DNA from: Aliivibrio fischeri ES114
GTDB lineage: Bacteria; Pseudomonadota; Gammaproteobacteria; Enterobacterales; Vibrionaceae
Direction: 5' to 3' (one strand)
NCBI RefSeq assembly: GCF_000011805.1
Contig: NC_006840.2
DNA length: 32,000 nt
Shown here piece by piece: positions 15,599 to 25,574 of the stretch. The position numbers were made by a program, and so were the translations under genes. Numbering within the stretch: the first letter of the stretch is position 1; the number at the start of each line of letters is the position of its first letter. Below the pieces are notes generated by a model that saw nothing but the letters and a program-made list of their open reading frames with translations, was not told the DNA's origin and ran no database searches.

Positions 15599-18202
15599 AT
15601 GAGCCAACAACCTCAGGCTAAATTTCGCAGTGATTATCAATCTCCAGAATTCATAATTTCAGATATCGATTTAGTCTTTGATCTCAATGATACCAACACA
15701 TTAGTTTCGGCCACTTCAAAAGTACAACAATTAAAACAATCTACGGATCTTCTTCTTGAAGGTGAAGGGATGAAGTTGGTGTCTTTAAAAATTGATGATG
15801 TTGAGTACAGTGACTTTACTCAAACAGACACTCAACTAACTATTCATAATGTGAGTGGTGATTTTACATTAACTATCATTACTGAAATTAACCCTCAAGA
15901 AAATACCGCATTAGAAGGTTTGTATAAATCAGGTGATGGATTCTGTACTCAATGTGAAGCAGAAGGTTTCCGTCGAATTACCTATTACTTGGATCGTCCT
16001 GATGTTCTTGCACGTTTCACCACAAAAGTGATTGCAGATAAAGAGGCATACCCACATTTATTAAGTAACGGCAATCGCATTAGCCAAGGTGATCTTGACG
16101 GTGGAAAGCACTTTGTTCACTGGCAAGACCCATTCCCAAAACCGGCTTATCTTTTTGCTTTAGTTGCGGGTAATTTTGATGTATTAACAGATACTTACAA
16201 GACAAAATCTGGCCGTGATGTTGCACTAGAGATTTATGTTGACCAAGGCAACTTAGATAGAACTCCTCATGCAATGACTTCTTTGATTAACTCAATGAAG
16301 TGGGATGAAGAGCGTTTCGATTTGGAGTATGACCTTGATATTTACATGATCGTTGCCGTTGATTTCTTCAACATGGGAGCGATGGAAAACAAAGGCTTAA
16401 ACGTATTTAACTCTAAATTTGTTTTGGCTAAACAAGAAACAGCAACAGATACTGACTATTTAGGTATTGAAGCGGTAATCGGTCACGAATATTTCCATAA
16501 CTGGACTGGTAACCGAGTGACTTGTCGTGACTGGTTCCAATTAAGTTTAAAAGAAGGTTTAACGGTTTTCCGTGATCAAGAGTTCTCATCTGATCTTGGT
16601 TCTCGTTCAGTAAATCGAATTAATAATGTTCGTATTATGCGTGGCCCACAATTTGCTGAAGATGCGAGTCCAATGGCTCACCCAATTCGTCCCGAAAAAG
16701 TGATAGAGATGAATAACTTCTATACTTTAACGGTATACGAAAAGGGCAGTGAAGTGATCCGTATGATGCATACCTTATTAGGTGAAGCGAATTTCCAAAA
16801 AGGAATGAAACTTTATTTTGAACGTCATGATGGTACTGCTGCAACCTGTGAAGATTTTGTATTGGCAATGGAAAATGCATCAGGTATCGATCTGACTCAA
16901 TTCCGTCGTTGGTATAGTCAGTCAGGTACACCGGTATTGACGGTGAGTTCTTCTTATGATGATGCTAAAAATGAATATGCGTTAACGGTAAAACAACATA
17001 CTCCAGCAACAGAAGACCAAACGGATAAATTGCCACTTCATATTCCTTTTGATATTGAGTTATATGCACAAGATGGTTTAGTTATTCAGTTACGCTGTAA
17101 CAATGAAAAGGTCAGCAATGTATTGAATGTAACTGAAGAAGAACAAACCTTTATTTTTGAGCAAGTTTCTGAAAAACCAGTTGTTTCTTTACTTCGTGAG
17201 TTTTCAGCACCTGTTAAATTAAATTACGCTTATTCAGATGAAGAGTTGATTTTCTTAATGGTTCACGCACAAAACGACTTTGCTCGTTGGGATGCTGGCC
17301 AAATGTTATTAGCTAACTATATTCGTAAGAACATCGCTAATATTCAAGACGATAAAGAACTTGTTCTTCCTCAATCTGTCGTTGATGCGTTCCGTGGGGT
17401 ATTACTCAATGCTGAATTGGAACATGCTTTTATTGCGGAAATGTTTGTATTACCAAATCATAATGAAATCACCGGTTGGTTTGATACTGTCGATGTCGAT
17501 GCGATTGATAAAGCGCTTGGATTTATCAAACAAACATTAGCGACAGAATTGAAAGATGAATTTTCTGCTACGTATCATAGTTTAAAACAGGGTAGTTACT
17601 CTGTAGAACATGATGCGATTGGTAAACGAGCTTTACGAAACTGTTCATTAAGTTATCTTGCAAAAACAGAAATTGGTGAAGCGTTAGTTGAGGCACAGTA
17701 TCAAGATGCAGACAACATGACAGATACTATGGCTGCAATGGGTGCCGCGAATGCTGCTGAGCTATCAATTCGTCAAACATTAATGAATGATTTTAGTGCG
17801 AAATGGTCACATGACGGATTAGTTATGGATAAGTGGTTTATTCTTCAAGGATCAAACCCAAGTTCAGAAGCGTTATCAATCATCAAAGAAACAATGAATC
17901 ACAAAGCGTTTAGTTTGAAAAATCCAAACAGAACACGCAGCTTAATTGGTTCATTTGCTGGTGGTAATGCGGTTAACTTCCATAGTAAAACAGGTGAAGG
18001 GTACGCATTCTTAGGGGATATTCTTATTGAAATGAATGAGAGTAACCCACAAGTTGCTTCACGATTGGTTGATCCATTGTTGAAATTTAAGAAATACGAT
18101 AGTGATCGTCAATCGCTTATCAAGGCTCAACTACAGCGCTTAGCGGATCTTGATAACCTAGCTAAAGATCTTTATGAGAAAGTAACGAAAGCATTAGCTT
18201 AA
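15599..18202 (+). CDS. pepN: Aminopeptidase N (M1 family)
   Basis: 867 aa with the exopeptidase motif GAMEN (NMGAMENKGLN) and the zinc site HEYFHNWTGNRVT...18..LKEGLT. Collinear with E. coli PepN in length and motifs. Confidence 0.96.
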   Translation: MSQQPQAKFRSDYQSPEFIISDIDLVFDLNDTNTLVSATSKVQQLKQSTDLLLEGEGMKLVSLKIDDVEYSDFTQTDTQLTIHNVSGDFTLTIITEINPQENTALEGLYKSGDGFCTQCEAEGFRRITYYLDRPDVLARFTTKVIADKEAYPHLLSNGNRISQGDLDGGKHFVHWQDPFPKPAYLFALVAGNFDVLTDTYKTKSGRDVALEIYVDQGNLDRTPHAMTSLINSMKWDEERFDLEYDLDIYMIVAVDFFNMGAMENKGLNVFNSKFVLAKQETATDTDYLGIEAVIGHEYFHNWTGNRVTCRDWFQLSLKEGLTVFRDQEFSSDLGSRSVNRINNVRIMRGPQFAEDASPMAHPIRPEKVIEMNNFYTLTVYEKGSEVIRMMHTLLGEANFQKGMKLYFERHDGTAATCEDFVLAMENASGIDLTQFRRWYSQSGTPVLTVSSSYDDAKNEYALTVKQHTPATEDQTDKLPLHIPFDIELYAQDGLVIQLRCNNEKVSNVLNVTEEEQTFIFEQVSEKPVVSLLREFSAPVKLNYAYSDEELIFLMVHAQNDFARWDAGQMLLANYIRKNIANIQDDKELVLPQSVVDAFRGVLLNAELEHAFIAEMFVLPNHNEITGWFDTVDVDAIDKALGFIKQTLATELKDEFSATYHSLKQGSYSVEHDAIGKRALRNCSLSYLAKTEIGEALVEAQYQDADNMTDTMAAMGAANAAELSIRQTLMNDFSAKWSHDGLVMDKWFILQGSNPSSEALSIIKETMNHKAFSLKNPNRTRSLIGSFAGGNAVNFHSKTGEGYAFLGDILIEMNESNPQVASRLVDPLLKFKKYDSDRQSLIKAQLQRLADLDNLAKDLYEKVTKALA

Positions 18203-18225
18203 TTACTCGATCTTAATTCATGAAA

Positions 18226-18254
18226 ATGGTCAGTATTTTACTGGCCATTTTTTT
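18226..18254 (+). terminator. Rho-independent terminator after pepN
   Basis: 10-bp stem ATGGTCAGTA / TACTGGCCAT (one G:U pair) with loop TTT, followed by TTTTTT. Confidence 0.85.
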
Positions 18255-18313
18255 ATTTAAGATCCAAAATAGAAAAATAAATCACCCATATATCCAATAT
18301 GTAATAGAGAATA

Positions 18314-18538
18314 ATGAACAAATTTTATTACTTTAGAATGAATGTTACTTATCAAGCGTTTTTAAGCCATTATTCTGGTGCAGCAAGCACGGTGTTAGTC
18401 GTAACAGAACAAGGGTTAAAATTACAATTGCCTGCGTCACGTTTTCGTTCGTTTCTGACTCAACTAGGAGTGAAAGGACGCTTCAGATTGACTATAGACC
18501 AAAATAATCGTTTTCTAAATTTAGAGCAAGTAGGATAA
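18314..18538 (+). CDS. Small conserved hypothetical protein, DUF2835-like
   Basis: 74 aa with a weak SD (GAGA). The pattern Y.F.+.+....FL..Y.G.A..V.V....G..LQ.PA.RFR.FLT..G+.GRFRL..D..NRFL.LE resembles my recollection of the roughly 70-aa gammaproteobacterial DUF2835 family. The family assignment is unverified. Confidence 0.6.
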   Translation: MNKFYYFRMNVTYQAFLSHYSGAASTVLVVTEQGLKLQLPASRFRSFLTQLGVKGRFRLTIDQNNRFLNLEQVG

Positions 18539-18607
18539 AGCGCTACCTTAATCACAAATCTAACGATTAAGCTTCTAGCACGCAAAAAAGTCATAACGTT
18601 TCTGCCA

Positions 18608-18628
18608 TATAATCCTTACAATGTAAGG
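18608..18628 (+). promoter_or_regulatory. Consensus -10 hexamer followed directly by a perfect 7-1-7 palindrome upstream of gdhB (candidate promoter and operator)
   Basis: TATAAT lies at 18608..18613. CCTTACA-A-TGTAAGG at 18614..18628 would cover the expected transcription start. No convincing -35 is present. The element is 69 nt upstream of the gdhB ATG. Confidence 0.3.
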
Positions 18629-18696
18629 TGCGTGGGCAGTTTCAACTGCTACACTATATAAATAATACTAATCATAAAAAACGGAGCATTCGCTTT

Positions 18697-21600
18697 ATGA
18701 CGACGCGTGATCCTATTGTTCCTGTACTACTTGAGAAAGTGTACGCTCTTATTGCTGAAAAGCTTGAAATGCCTCAACAATCCCTAATAACGCAACTTGC
18801 TCAGCGTTTATTTGCCAACATTGATGATGACGATTTACTGCAACGCAATGAATCAGATATGTATGGTGCAACACTCAGTCTTTGGAACCACTTATCTGAT
18901 GTTAAAATATCAGATATTTCGGTTCGTGTTTTTAATCCTAAACTCAGTCAAGATGGGTGGCAGTCAACACATACTGTAGTTGAGATTGTCACACCAGATA
19001 GCCCATTTTTAGTTGATTCCGTAAAAATGGCTTTAGCTCGTTTAGACATGACGAGCCATTTTATGCTTCACGGACCACATTGTTTTGGCCGTAACGAAAG
19101 CGGTGAGATCATTTCAGTCTGTGAGAGTAACGCTGATATGCAACAAACTCTATTCCATTTTGAAGTTGATCATTTAAATGACAAGGTTGAAATGGAAAGG
19201 CTTCAAAATGAATTGCTTATTGTTCTACAAGACATCCATCGGGTCGTGAATCAATGGAAGCCGATGTCAGATAAATTGACTGAGGTAATTGAAGAGTTAA
19301 AAACGTCGGATTTACCAATAGTAAAAGAAGAGATAGATGAAGCCATTTCATTTCTTTCTTGGCTTAAAAATCACAACTTCACTTTGATGGGTTATAAGAA
19401 CTTTGATTTACAAGCAGTAGAAGGTGATCATGAGTTGGTTCCAACCCAAGAAGAAGGGTTAGGGCTGTTCTCGTTAGCGTCACGAATTCATACGACAAAG
19501 CTTTCCGAAATGCCATCTTCTGCACGAGCTGCAGCAAAGAAATCAGATCTTCTTATTCTTACCAAATCAAACACCAAATCACGAATTCACCGTCCTGCTT
19601 ATACTGATTACATCGGTATCAAACGTTTAAATAAAGAAGGTAAGGTAATAGGCGAGCATCGCTTTACAGGTCTTTATACGTCAACAGCATATAATCAAAG
19701 CGTTTCAAACATTCCATTATTGAGTAATAAAGTTGAACGTATCTTGGATGCGAGCAAATACATTAAGGGCTCACACTCTTATAAAGCTCTGCATAATATT
19801 CTAGAAACGTACCCACGAGATGAATTATTCCAAGCTAATGAAGAAGAGATGCTTGAAGTTGGCGTAGGTGTGGTAAAAATGCAAGATCGTGATTTATTGC
19901 GATTATTTGTCCGTCGTGATCCATTCGGACGCTTTTTCTCATGCATGGTGTATGTCACTAAAGAGCGTTATAACACAGAGTTACGTCGACAAACTCAACG
20001 TATATTACAAAATTATTTTGGCTCAAAACAAGAAGTTGAATTTACGACTTTCTTCTCTGAAAGTGCGTTAGCAAGAACGCATTACATCGTTCGTGTCGAT
20101 AATAATAATGGCGATATTAATGTGAAAGACATTGAAAATAATCTAATGGAAGCCGCTTCAACATGGGATGATCGTCTTTGTGATGTGATTGTTGCTAATT
20201 TAGGTGAGAGCAAAGGAACTGCAATAGCTAAACAGTATCAACGTGCTTTTCCTCGCTCGTATAAAGAAGCGACATTACCAGGCTCAGCGGTTGCGGATAT
20301 TGAACGATTAGAACTGCTAAACGATGATAACAAATTAGGTATGCTTTTCTATCGTCCACAAGAAGAGAAGAAAGGGTCAGCCAATGTTAAATTAAAATTG
20401 TTCCATCGTGATGAGCCAATTCACTTATCTGATGTGATGCCAATGCTTGAAAACCTAGGGTTACGAGTTATTGGTGAGTCACCATATGCGGTGAAAAAGA
20501 GTGATGGATCGGTTGATTGGATCTTAGATTTCTCGATGATTCATAATGGATCAGCTGAAGTGGATCTTCGTCAAGCTCGTGATCGTTTTCAAGAAGCGTT
20601 TGCTCAGATTTGGAATGGTCAATTAGAGAGTGATGGTTTTAACCGATTGGTTCTAGGTGCTGGTTTATCTGGCCGTGAAGTGACTATTTTACGTGCTTAT
20701 GCGCGTTATATGCGTCAAGTTGGCTTCCCATTTAGTCAGCAATATATTGAAGATACATTATCAACCCACACTGATTTAGCGGTTTCTGTGGTTAAACTGT
20801 TTGAACTCCGCTTTGATCCTAAATCGAATTGGTCTGATAAAAAAGAACAAAAACAACTAGATGCCATTTATTCAAGCTTGGATAAAGTAGAGAGTCTAGA
20901 TGATGATCGTATTATTCGTCGTTATGTAGAAATGATCGTTGCGACGTTACGTACCAACTACTATCAAACTGCAGAAGATGGGCAAGCTAAGCCTTGGTTA
21001 TCGTTAAAGATGCAACCATCAAATATTCCTGAAATCCCAGCACCAGTACCTGCGTATGAAATTTTCGTTTATGCGCCAGATATTGAAGGTGTGCATTTAC
21101 GTGGTGGAAAGGTAGCTCGTGGTGGATTACGTTGGTCTGATAGACAAGAAGATTTCCGAACCGAAGTGCTTGGCTTAGTTAAAGCACAACAAGTTAAAAA
21201 TACGGTTATTGTTCCTGTTGGTGCAAAAGGCGGTTTTGTTTGTAAGAAACAGCATAACTTTACGACTCGTGAAGATATCTTCGCTGAAGGTCAACGCTGC
21301 TATAAACAATTCATTCGAGCGTTATTGGATGTATCTGATAATATTATTGAAGGCGAGGTGGTTCCTCCATCTAATGTTGTTCGTCATGATGACGATGATC
21401 CGTATTTGGTTGTTGCAGCAGATAAAGGTACCGCAACCTTCTCTGATTTAGCTAACTCAGTATCAGAAGAGTATAACTTCTGGTTAGGGGATGCATTTGC
21501 TTCCGGTGGTTCTAATGGTTATGACCATAAAGCCATGGGTATTACAGCAAAAGGGGCTTGGGAGTCGGTAAAACGTCATTTCCGTGAAATGGGAATTGAT

Positions 21601-23535
21601 TGTCAAACAACTGATTTTACAGCCATTGGTGTTGGCGATATGGCTGGTGATGTGTTTGGTAATGGTATGCTTTTATCAAAACACATTCGATTACAAGCCG
21701 CATTTAACCATTTACATATATTTATCGATCCAAATCCTAATTCTGAATTGACTTGGCCAGAGCGTAAGCGTTTATTTGAGCTTCAGGGATCGAGTTGGGA
21801 AGACTACAACAAATCATTGATCTCTCAAGGCGGTGGTATTTTCTCTCGCCGAGCGAAATCGATCGAACTTTCTCCTGAAATTCAGAAAATGTTAGGTACT
21901 CGCAAGCAATCTCTTGCTCCAAATGATCTTATTCAGATGATCTTAAAAATGGACGTTGATCTGTTATGGAACGGTGGGATTGGTACTTACGTTAAATCCA
22001 GTAAAGAAACCAGTGTTGATGTTGGTGACCGTGCTAATGATGCCTTACGTATCAATGGCTCAGAGCTAAATGCTAAAGTAGTTGGCGAGGGTGGTAACTT
22101 AGGCATGACTCAATTAGGGCGTATTGAATATGCACTAAAAGGTGGTCGAGTTAACACCGATTTTGTTGATAATGTTGGTGGGGTTGATTGTTCTGATAAT
22201 GAAGTAAACATTAAGATCTTACTGAATGGCTTAGTGGCTAATGGCGATCTTACTTATAAACAACGCAACGTACTTCTTGAGAAAATGGAAGATGAAGTCG
22301 GTCAAATTGTTCTTGATGATGCGTATTGTCAGTCTGAATCGATCTCAGTAACAGAGCAACAAGGTACATCATTGGTGAAAGAGCAGATCCGCTTTATTCA
22401 TCACTTAGAAAAACAAGGTAAGTTAGATCGTGCTTTAGAGTTTATTCCAGACGATGAAACTTTAATTGAGCGAGAGAAAATGGGGCAGGCATTAACCCGT
22501 CCAGAGCTTTCTGTTCTTGTTGCCTACGGAAAAATGGTATTAAAAGATCAGCTAGCTTGTGATGAAATCGCAAATAATCCGTATCATGCTGATTTATTAA
22601 CAACGTATTTCCCAACTGAGTTACAACGTAACTATAAGGCTGCAATGGATAACCATCCATTACGTTCAGAGATTATTGCGACTTGTTTAGCCAATCAGAT
22701 GGTTAATGAGATGGGGTGCAATTTTATCACTCGTCTACAAGAAGAAACAGGTTACGCCGTCACTGATATTGCTAATGCGTATGCCGCAACTCGAGCTATC
22801 TTTGAATTTGGTGATTTATTTAAGCAAATTCGTGAGTTGGATAATACGGCAACAACGGAAGCACAATATGAAGCCTTCTTTGCAATGCGCCGTACAATTC
22901 GTCGTGTTACTCGATGGTTATTGCGTAATGGCTCTCAAAACATGTCCATTCAAGCACTTATCGAAAAATACAAATCAGCGGTTGATGATATTAAAGTGAA
23001 TCTCGATGGGTATTTGGTTAATGATGAGGTGGTGGAACATATTGAGCAGGCTAATCATTACTTTGAATTAGGGGTTCCGTGTGAACTTGGCAATGTGCTA
23101 GCACGCTTAAGTAGTTTATATTCAGCGATGGATATTTCTGAAGTTGCAGAAGCCGCAGGGCAACCAGTGTCTGTCGCATCACGTTTATACTATGTATTAG
23201 GTGATAAATTATCGCTTCATTGGTTCTTGAAACAAATTAACAACCAAGGAGTTGATAATCATTGGCAAGCCCTGGCTCGAGCATCATTTAGGGAAGATCT
23301 TGATTGGCAACAACGTCAATTAACGACCTTGGTTTTAGCGGACTATAAAGATGATACAAGCATCGAAAATGCAATAGAAGAATGGTGTTTGAATAACGCT
23401 GCTTCTGTTGAGCGTTGGGAAAATATCTTGAATGAATTTAAGGTCGGTTCAGTGCACGAATTTGCTAAATTTTCAGTTGCACTGAGAGAATTAACCTTAT
23501 TAAATTTGAGTTGTTCTTCTGCTTTAGCAAGATAA
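18697..23535 (+). CDS. gdhB: NAD-specific glutamate dehydrogenase, large (about 180 kDa) GdhB/Bac_GDH type
   Basis: 1612 aa from the ATG at 18697, which has GGAG 10 nt upstream. The 23-codon GTG extension in the track is unlikely. Size and motifs fit the large-GDH family: HLRGGKVARGGLRWSDR, VPVGAKGGFV, AADKGTATFSD.AN, GGSNGYDHKAMGITAKGAWESVKRHF, GVGDMAGDVFGNGML, EGGNLG.TQ.GRIEY. Confidence 0.93.
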   Translation: MTTRDPIVPVLLEKVYALIAEKLEMPQQSLITQLAQRLFANIDDDDLLQRNESDMYGATLSLWNHLSDVKISDISVRVFNPKLSQDGWQSTHTVVEIVTPDSPFLVDSVKMALARLDMTSHFMLHGPHCFGRNESGEIISVCESNADMQQTLFHFEVDHLNDKVEMERLQNELLIVLQDIHRVVNQWKPMSDKLTEVIEELKTSDLPIVKEEIDEAISFLSWLKNHNFTLMGYKNFDLQAVEGDHELVPTQEEGLGLFSLASRIHTTKLSEMPSSARAAAKKSDLLILTKSNTKSRIHRPAYTDYIGIKRLNKEGKVIGEHRFTGLYTSTAYNQSVSNIPLLSNKVERILDASKYIKGSHSYKALHNILETYPRDELFQANEEEMLEVGVGVVKMQDRDLLRLFVRRDPFGRFFSCMVYVTKERYNTELRRQTQRILQNYFGSKQEVEFTTFFSESALARTHYIVRVDNNNGDINVKDIENNLMEAASTWDDRLCDVIVANLGESKGTAIAKQYQRAFPRSYKEATLPGSAVADIERLELLNDDNKLGMLFYRPQEEKKGSANVKLKLFHRDEPIHLSDVMPMLENLGLRVIGESPYAVKKSDGSVDWILDFSMIHNGSAEVDLRQARDRFQEAFAQIWNGQLESDGFNRLVLGAGLSGREVTILRAYARYMRQVGFPFSQQYIEDTLSTHTDLAVSVVKLFELRFDPKSNWSDKKEQKQLDAIYSSLDKVESLDDDRIIRRYVEMIVATLRTNYYQTAEDGQAKPWLSLKMQPSNIPEIPAPVPAYEIFVYAPDIEGVHLRGGKVARGGLRWSDRQEDFRTEVLGLVKAQQVKNTVIVPVGAKGGFVCKKQHNFTTREDIFAEGQRCYKQFIRALLDVSDNIIEGEVVPPSNVVRHDDDDPYLVVAADKGTATFSDLANSVSEEYNFWLGDAFASGGSNGYDHKAMGITAKGAWESVKRHFREMGIDCQTTDFTAIGVGDMAGDVFGNGMLLSKHIRLQAAFNHLHIFIDPNPNSELTWPERKRLFELQGSSWEDYNKSLISQGGGIFSRRAKSIELSPEIQKMLGTRKQSLAPNDLIQMILKMDVDLLWNGGIGTYVKSSKETSVDVGDRANDALRINGSELNAKVVGEGGNLGMTQLGRIEYALKGGRVNTDFVDNVGGVDCSDNEVNIKILLNGLVANGDLTYKQRNVLLEKMEDEVGQIVLDDAYCQSESISVTEQQGTSLVKEQIRFIHHLEKQGKLDRALEFIPDDETLIEREKMGQALTRPELSVLVAYGKMVLKDQLACDEIANNPYHADLLTTYFPTELQRNYKAAMDNHPLRSEIIATCLANQMVNEMGCNFITRLQEETGYAVTDIANAYAATRAIFEFGDLFKQIRELDNTATTEAQYEAFFAMRRTIRRVTRWLLRNGSQNMSIQALIEKYKSAVDDIKVNLDGYLVNDEVVEHIEQANHYFELGVPCELGNVLARLSSLYSAMDISEVAEAAGQPVSVASRLYYVLGDKLSLHWFLKQINNQGVDNHWQALARASFREDLDWQQRQLTTLVLADYKDDTSIENAIEEWCLNNAASVERWENILNEFKVGSVHEFAKFSVALRELTLLNLSCSSALAR

Positions 23536-23559
23536 AAAAACGCCGATAAAAATAGGGCA

Positions 23560-23575
23560 AGCCAAACGTTTGCTC
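23560..23575. promoter_or_regulatory. PurR-box-like palindrome (LacI-family operator candidate)
   Basis: AGCCAAACGTTTGCTC matches the E. coli PurR consensus ACGCAAACGTTTGCGT at 12 of 16 positions. The 10-bp core CAAACGTTTG (23563..23572) is a perfect palindrome. The site lies between the gdhB stop and its terminator, about 235 nt upstream of pyrD, which is an atypical place for a pyrD operator. Confidence 0.3.
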
Positions 23576-23582
23576 TTCTATA

Positions 23583-23615
23583 AGGAAAGTGATTTTTTAT
23601 TCACTTTCCTTTTTT
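23583..23615 (+). terminator. Rho-independent terminator after gdhB
   Basis: Perfect 10-bp stem AGGAAAGTGA / TCACTTTCCT with an 8-nt loop, followed by TTTTT. Confidence 0.88.
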
Positions 23616-23804
23616 ATTACCCCGAGAATTTTCTCATTAACTTACATTTTTAATCGGAAAGAGTGAATATATAATAATTGAGATAAATGTGAGATGTCAG
23701 TTTGCAATAATTAATTATGAATAAAGTACGATTAAGTTTGAATTGTGAATAAAATCAGTGAATAATGTCTCCCCGTTTATACGGGACTTAATTTTGGAGT
23801 TACA

Positions 23805-24815
23805 ATGTTATATCGCATCGCCAGAGCTGGCATTTTCAAACTTGATGCTGAAAAAGCACATGACCTAGCAATTCAAAATTTCAAACGCTTCAACGGCACT
23901 CCTCTTGATATCTTCTATCGTCAAAACCTTGCTTCTAAACCGGTAGAAGTGATGGGTATTAAATTCAAAAATCCTGTTGGCCTTGCTGCTGGCCTTGATA
24001 AAAACGGTGAATGTATTGAAGCATTTGGCGCTATGGGTTTTGGATTTGTAGAAGTCGGCACTGTAACACCTCGTCCTCAATCTGGTAATGATAAACCACG
24101 CTTGTTCCGTCTTATTGAAGCTGAAGGTATTATCAACCGTATGGGATTTAATAACCTAGGCGTAGATAACCTTGTTGAGAACGTTAAGAAAGCAAAATAC
24201 GATGGCGTTATCGGCATTAACATTGGTAAAAACAAGGATACACCAATTGAAAAGGGCACGGAAGATTACCTAATCTGTATGGAAAAGGTATATCAATATG
24301 CCGGTTATATCGCGGTGAATATTTCATCTCCAAATACTCCAGGACTTCGAACTCTTCAATATGGTGAAGCGTTAGATGATCTCTTATCTCAATTAAAAGA
24401 GAAACAAAAAGAGTTAGCAGAGAAATACGGTAAGTATGTTCCTGTTGCACTTAAGATCGCTCCGGATCTAGAAGACGATGAATTGACACAAATTGCTGAA
24501 TCATTGATCAAATATAAAATTGATGGGGTGATTGCAACAAACACAACATTAGATCGTTCTATGGTTGAAGGCATGAAGCATGCTGAAGAGATGGGTGGCT
24601 TAAGTGGTCGTCCTGTTCAAACACGTAGTACTGAAGTTGTTCGTCGCCTTAAAGAATTACTTGGCGATAATCTACCAATTATTGGAGTAGGTGGTATTGA
24701 CTCTTATGTAGCAGCAAAAGAGAAGATGGTTGCTGGTGCAGAGCTAGTTCAAGTCTATTCTGGCTTTATTTATAAAGGTCCAGGTCTGGTTCGAGATATT
24801 GTTAACAATATTTAA
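23805..24815 (+). CDS. pyrD: Dihydroorotate dehydrogenase (quinone), class 2
   Basis: 336 aa, the same length as E. coli PyrD and near-collinear with it: [98 protein letters not shown] lies 6 nt upstream of the ATG. Confidence 0.97.
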   Translation: MLYRIARAGIFKLDAEKAHDLAIQNFKRFNGTPLDIFYRQNLASKPVEVMGIKFKNPVGLAAGLDKNGECIEAFGAMGFGFVEVGTVTPRPQSGNDKPRLFRLIEAEGIINRMGFNNLGVDNLVENVKKAKYDGVIGINIGKNKDTPIEKGTEDYLICMEKVYQYAGYIAVNISSPNTPGLRTLQYGEALDDLLSQLKEKQKELAEKYGKYVPVALKIAPDLEDDELTQIAESLIKYKIDGVIATNTTLDRSMVEGMKHAEEMGGLSGRPVQTRSTEVVRRLKELLGDNLPIIGVGGIDSYVAAKEKMVAGAELVQVYSGFIYKGPGLVRDIVNNI

Positions 24816-24859
24816 GGTTAAAATTTCAACAGTAAGTTGATTACAAGTGATTTTAATAA

Positions 24860-24888
24860 AGGGGAGAATAATATTTTCCCCTTTTTTT
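24860..24888 (+). terminator. Rho-independent terminator after pyrD
   Basis: 9-bp stem AGGGGAGAA / TTTTCCCCT (one G:U pair) with loop TAATA, followed by TTTTTT. Confidence 0.88.
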
Positions 24889-24923
24889 ATTGCTAACCTC
24901 TTGTAAAATTAACAGTTAATTGC

Positions 24924-24985
24924 ATCAATGAATTTTTTACGCGAAAACAGATGGAAATTTTCGCTATAAAATTGCATCCATTGAT
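24924..24985 (+). promoter_or_regulatory. 62-nt extended imperfect dyad (nested hairpin) in the zapC upstream region or leader
   Basis: The inner stem GCGAAAA (24941..24947) / TTTTCGC (24958..24964) is 7 bp with a 10-nt loop. The middle helix 24931..24939 / 24965..24973 pairs at 8 of 9 positions. The outer stem ATCAATG (24924..24930) / CATTGAT (24979..24985) is 7 bp, past a 5-nt bulge. Total pairing is 22 bp, all AT-rich. AATTGCATC also occurs as a direct repeat at 24918 and 24970. Confidence 0.45.
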
Positions 24986-25031
24986 ATTTGGCTGGCACGG
25001 GATTTTTCCCATTTTCAAGAGAGAATTCATA

Positions 25032-25574
25032 ATGCTTAAACCTAGTGATACATGGACTTGGTATTACGATAATAAAGCACAATCTCTAATGCTTGATTTG
25101 GGCATGGATATGGTCTTTTGTGTAAACCTTCCACATAAAGTATTAGTCGAAGGCGCATTTTCTGAATGCAAATTCTCTGTAGATGATGCATCTGCCTATC
25201 AAATGTTCGTTGAACACATTTCTTATCTCCCTCTATCTGAACCTCGTAAAGTAGAGCTTGCTCTTAATTGTGTAGCAGCTAAACGTTTTCATAAGCCTAT
25301 GCTTCCTAAAAGCTGGTTTTTTGAGACTCAAAGCGATGCAGGCTATGCTCCTGAGGAAGGTGAAGTTATCTCTCTTAAGAATGATTTAGGGGAAGGGCAC
25401 TTCATTATTGTTGAAAACTACGAATGTGCAAGTATGTGTATGCTGGTGGACATGGACGCTTTCGCTCTAAATCCGACTAAATACATGGCCTTTTGTGAAC
25501 CAATTAAAGTAATGCATGACCGCATGGCTCCAATGCAGGTAGTCAACTCTTCGTACTATGCAATGGTAGGTTAA
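25032..25574 (+). CDS. zapC: Cell division protein ZapC
   Basis: 180 aa from the ATG at 25032, the same length as E. coli ZapC. Shared blocks are KP.D.W.WYYD......MLDL, F.VDDA..Y, MPKSW.F and IK.M.DR..P. The 27-codon upstream extension in the track starts inside the leader hairpin loop and is rejected. Confidence 0.88.

Noticed and set aside
18628-18696. N-terminal extension of gdhB in the ORF track (GTG start, MRGQFQLLHYINNTNHKKRSIRF)
   Set aside because: The ATG at 18697 has GGAG 10 nt upstream. The extension would also overlap the candidate promoter and palindrome.
23772-23785. GC-rich 5-bp hairpin CCCGT-ttat-ACGGG in the pyrD leader, considered as a pyrC/pyrD-style start-site-switch translational control hairpin
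   Set aside because: The stem does not include the SD (GGAG at 23796..23799), is only 5 bp long, and is not followed by a U-tract. The evidence is insufficient.
24951-25031. N-terminal extension of zapC in the ORF track
   Set aside because: E. coli ZapC aligns from [13 protein letters not shown] (25032), giving an identical 180-aa length. The upstream ATG lies in the loop of the leader dyad.
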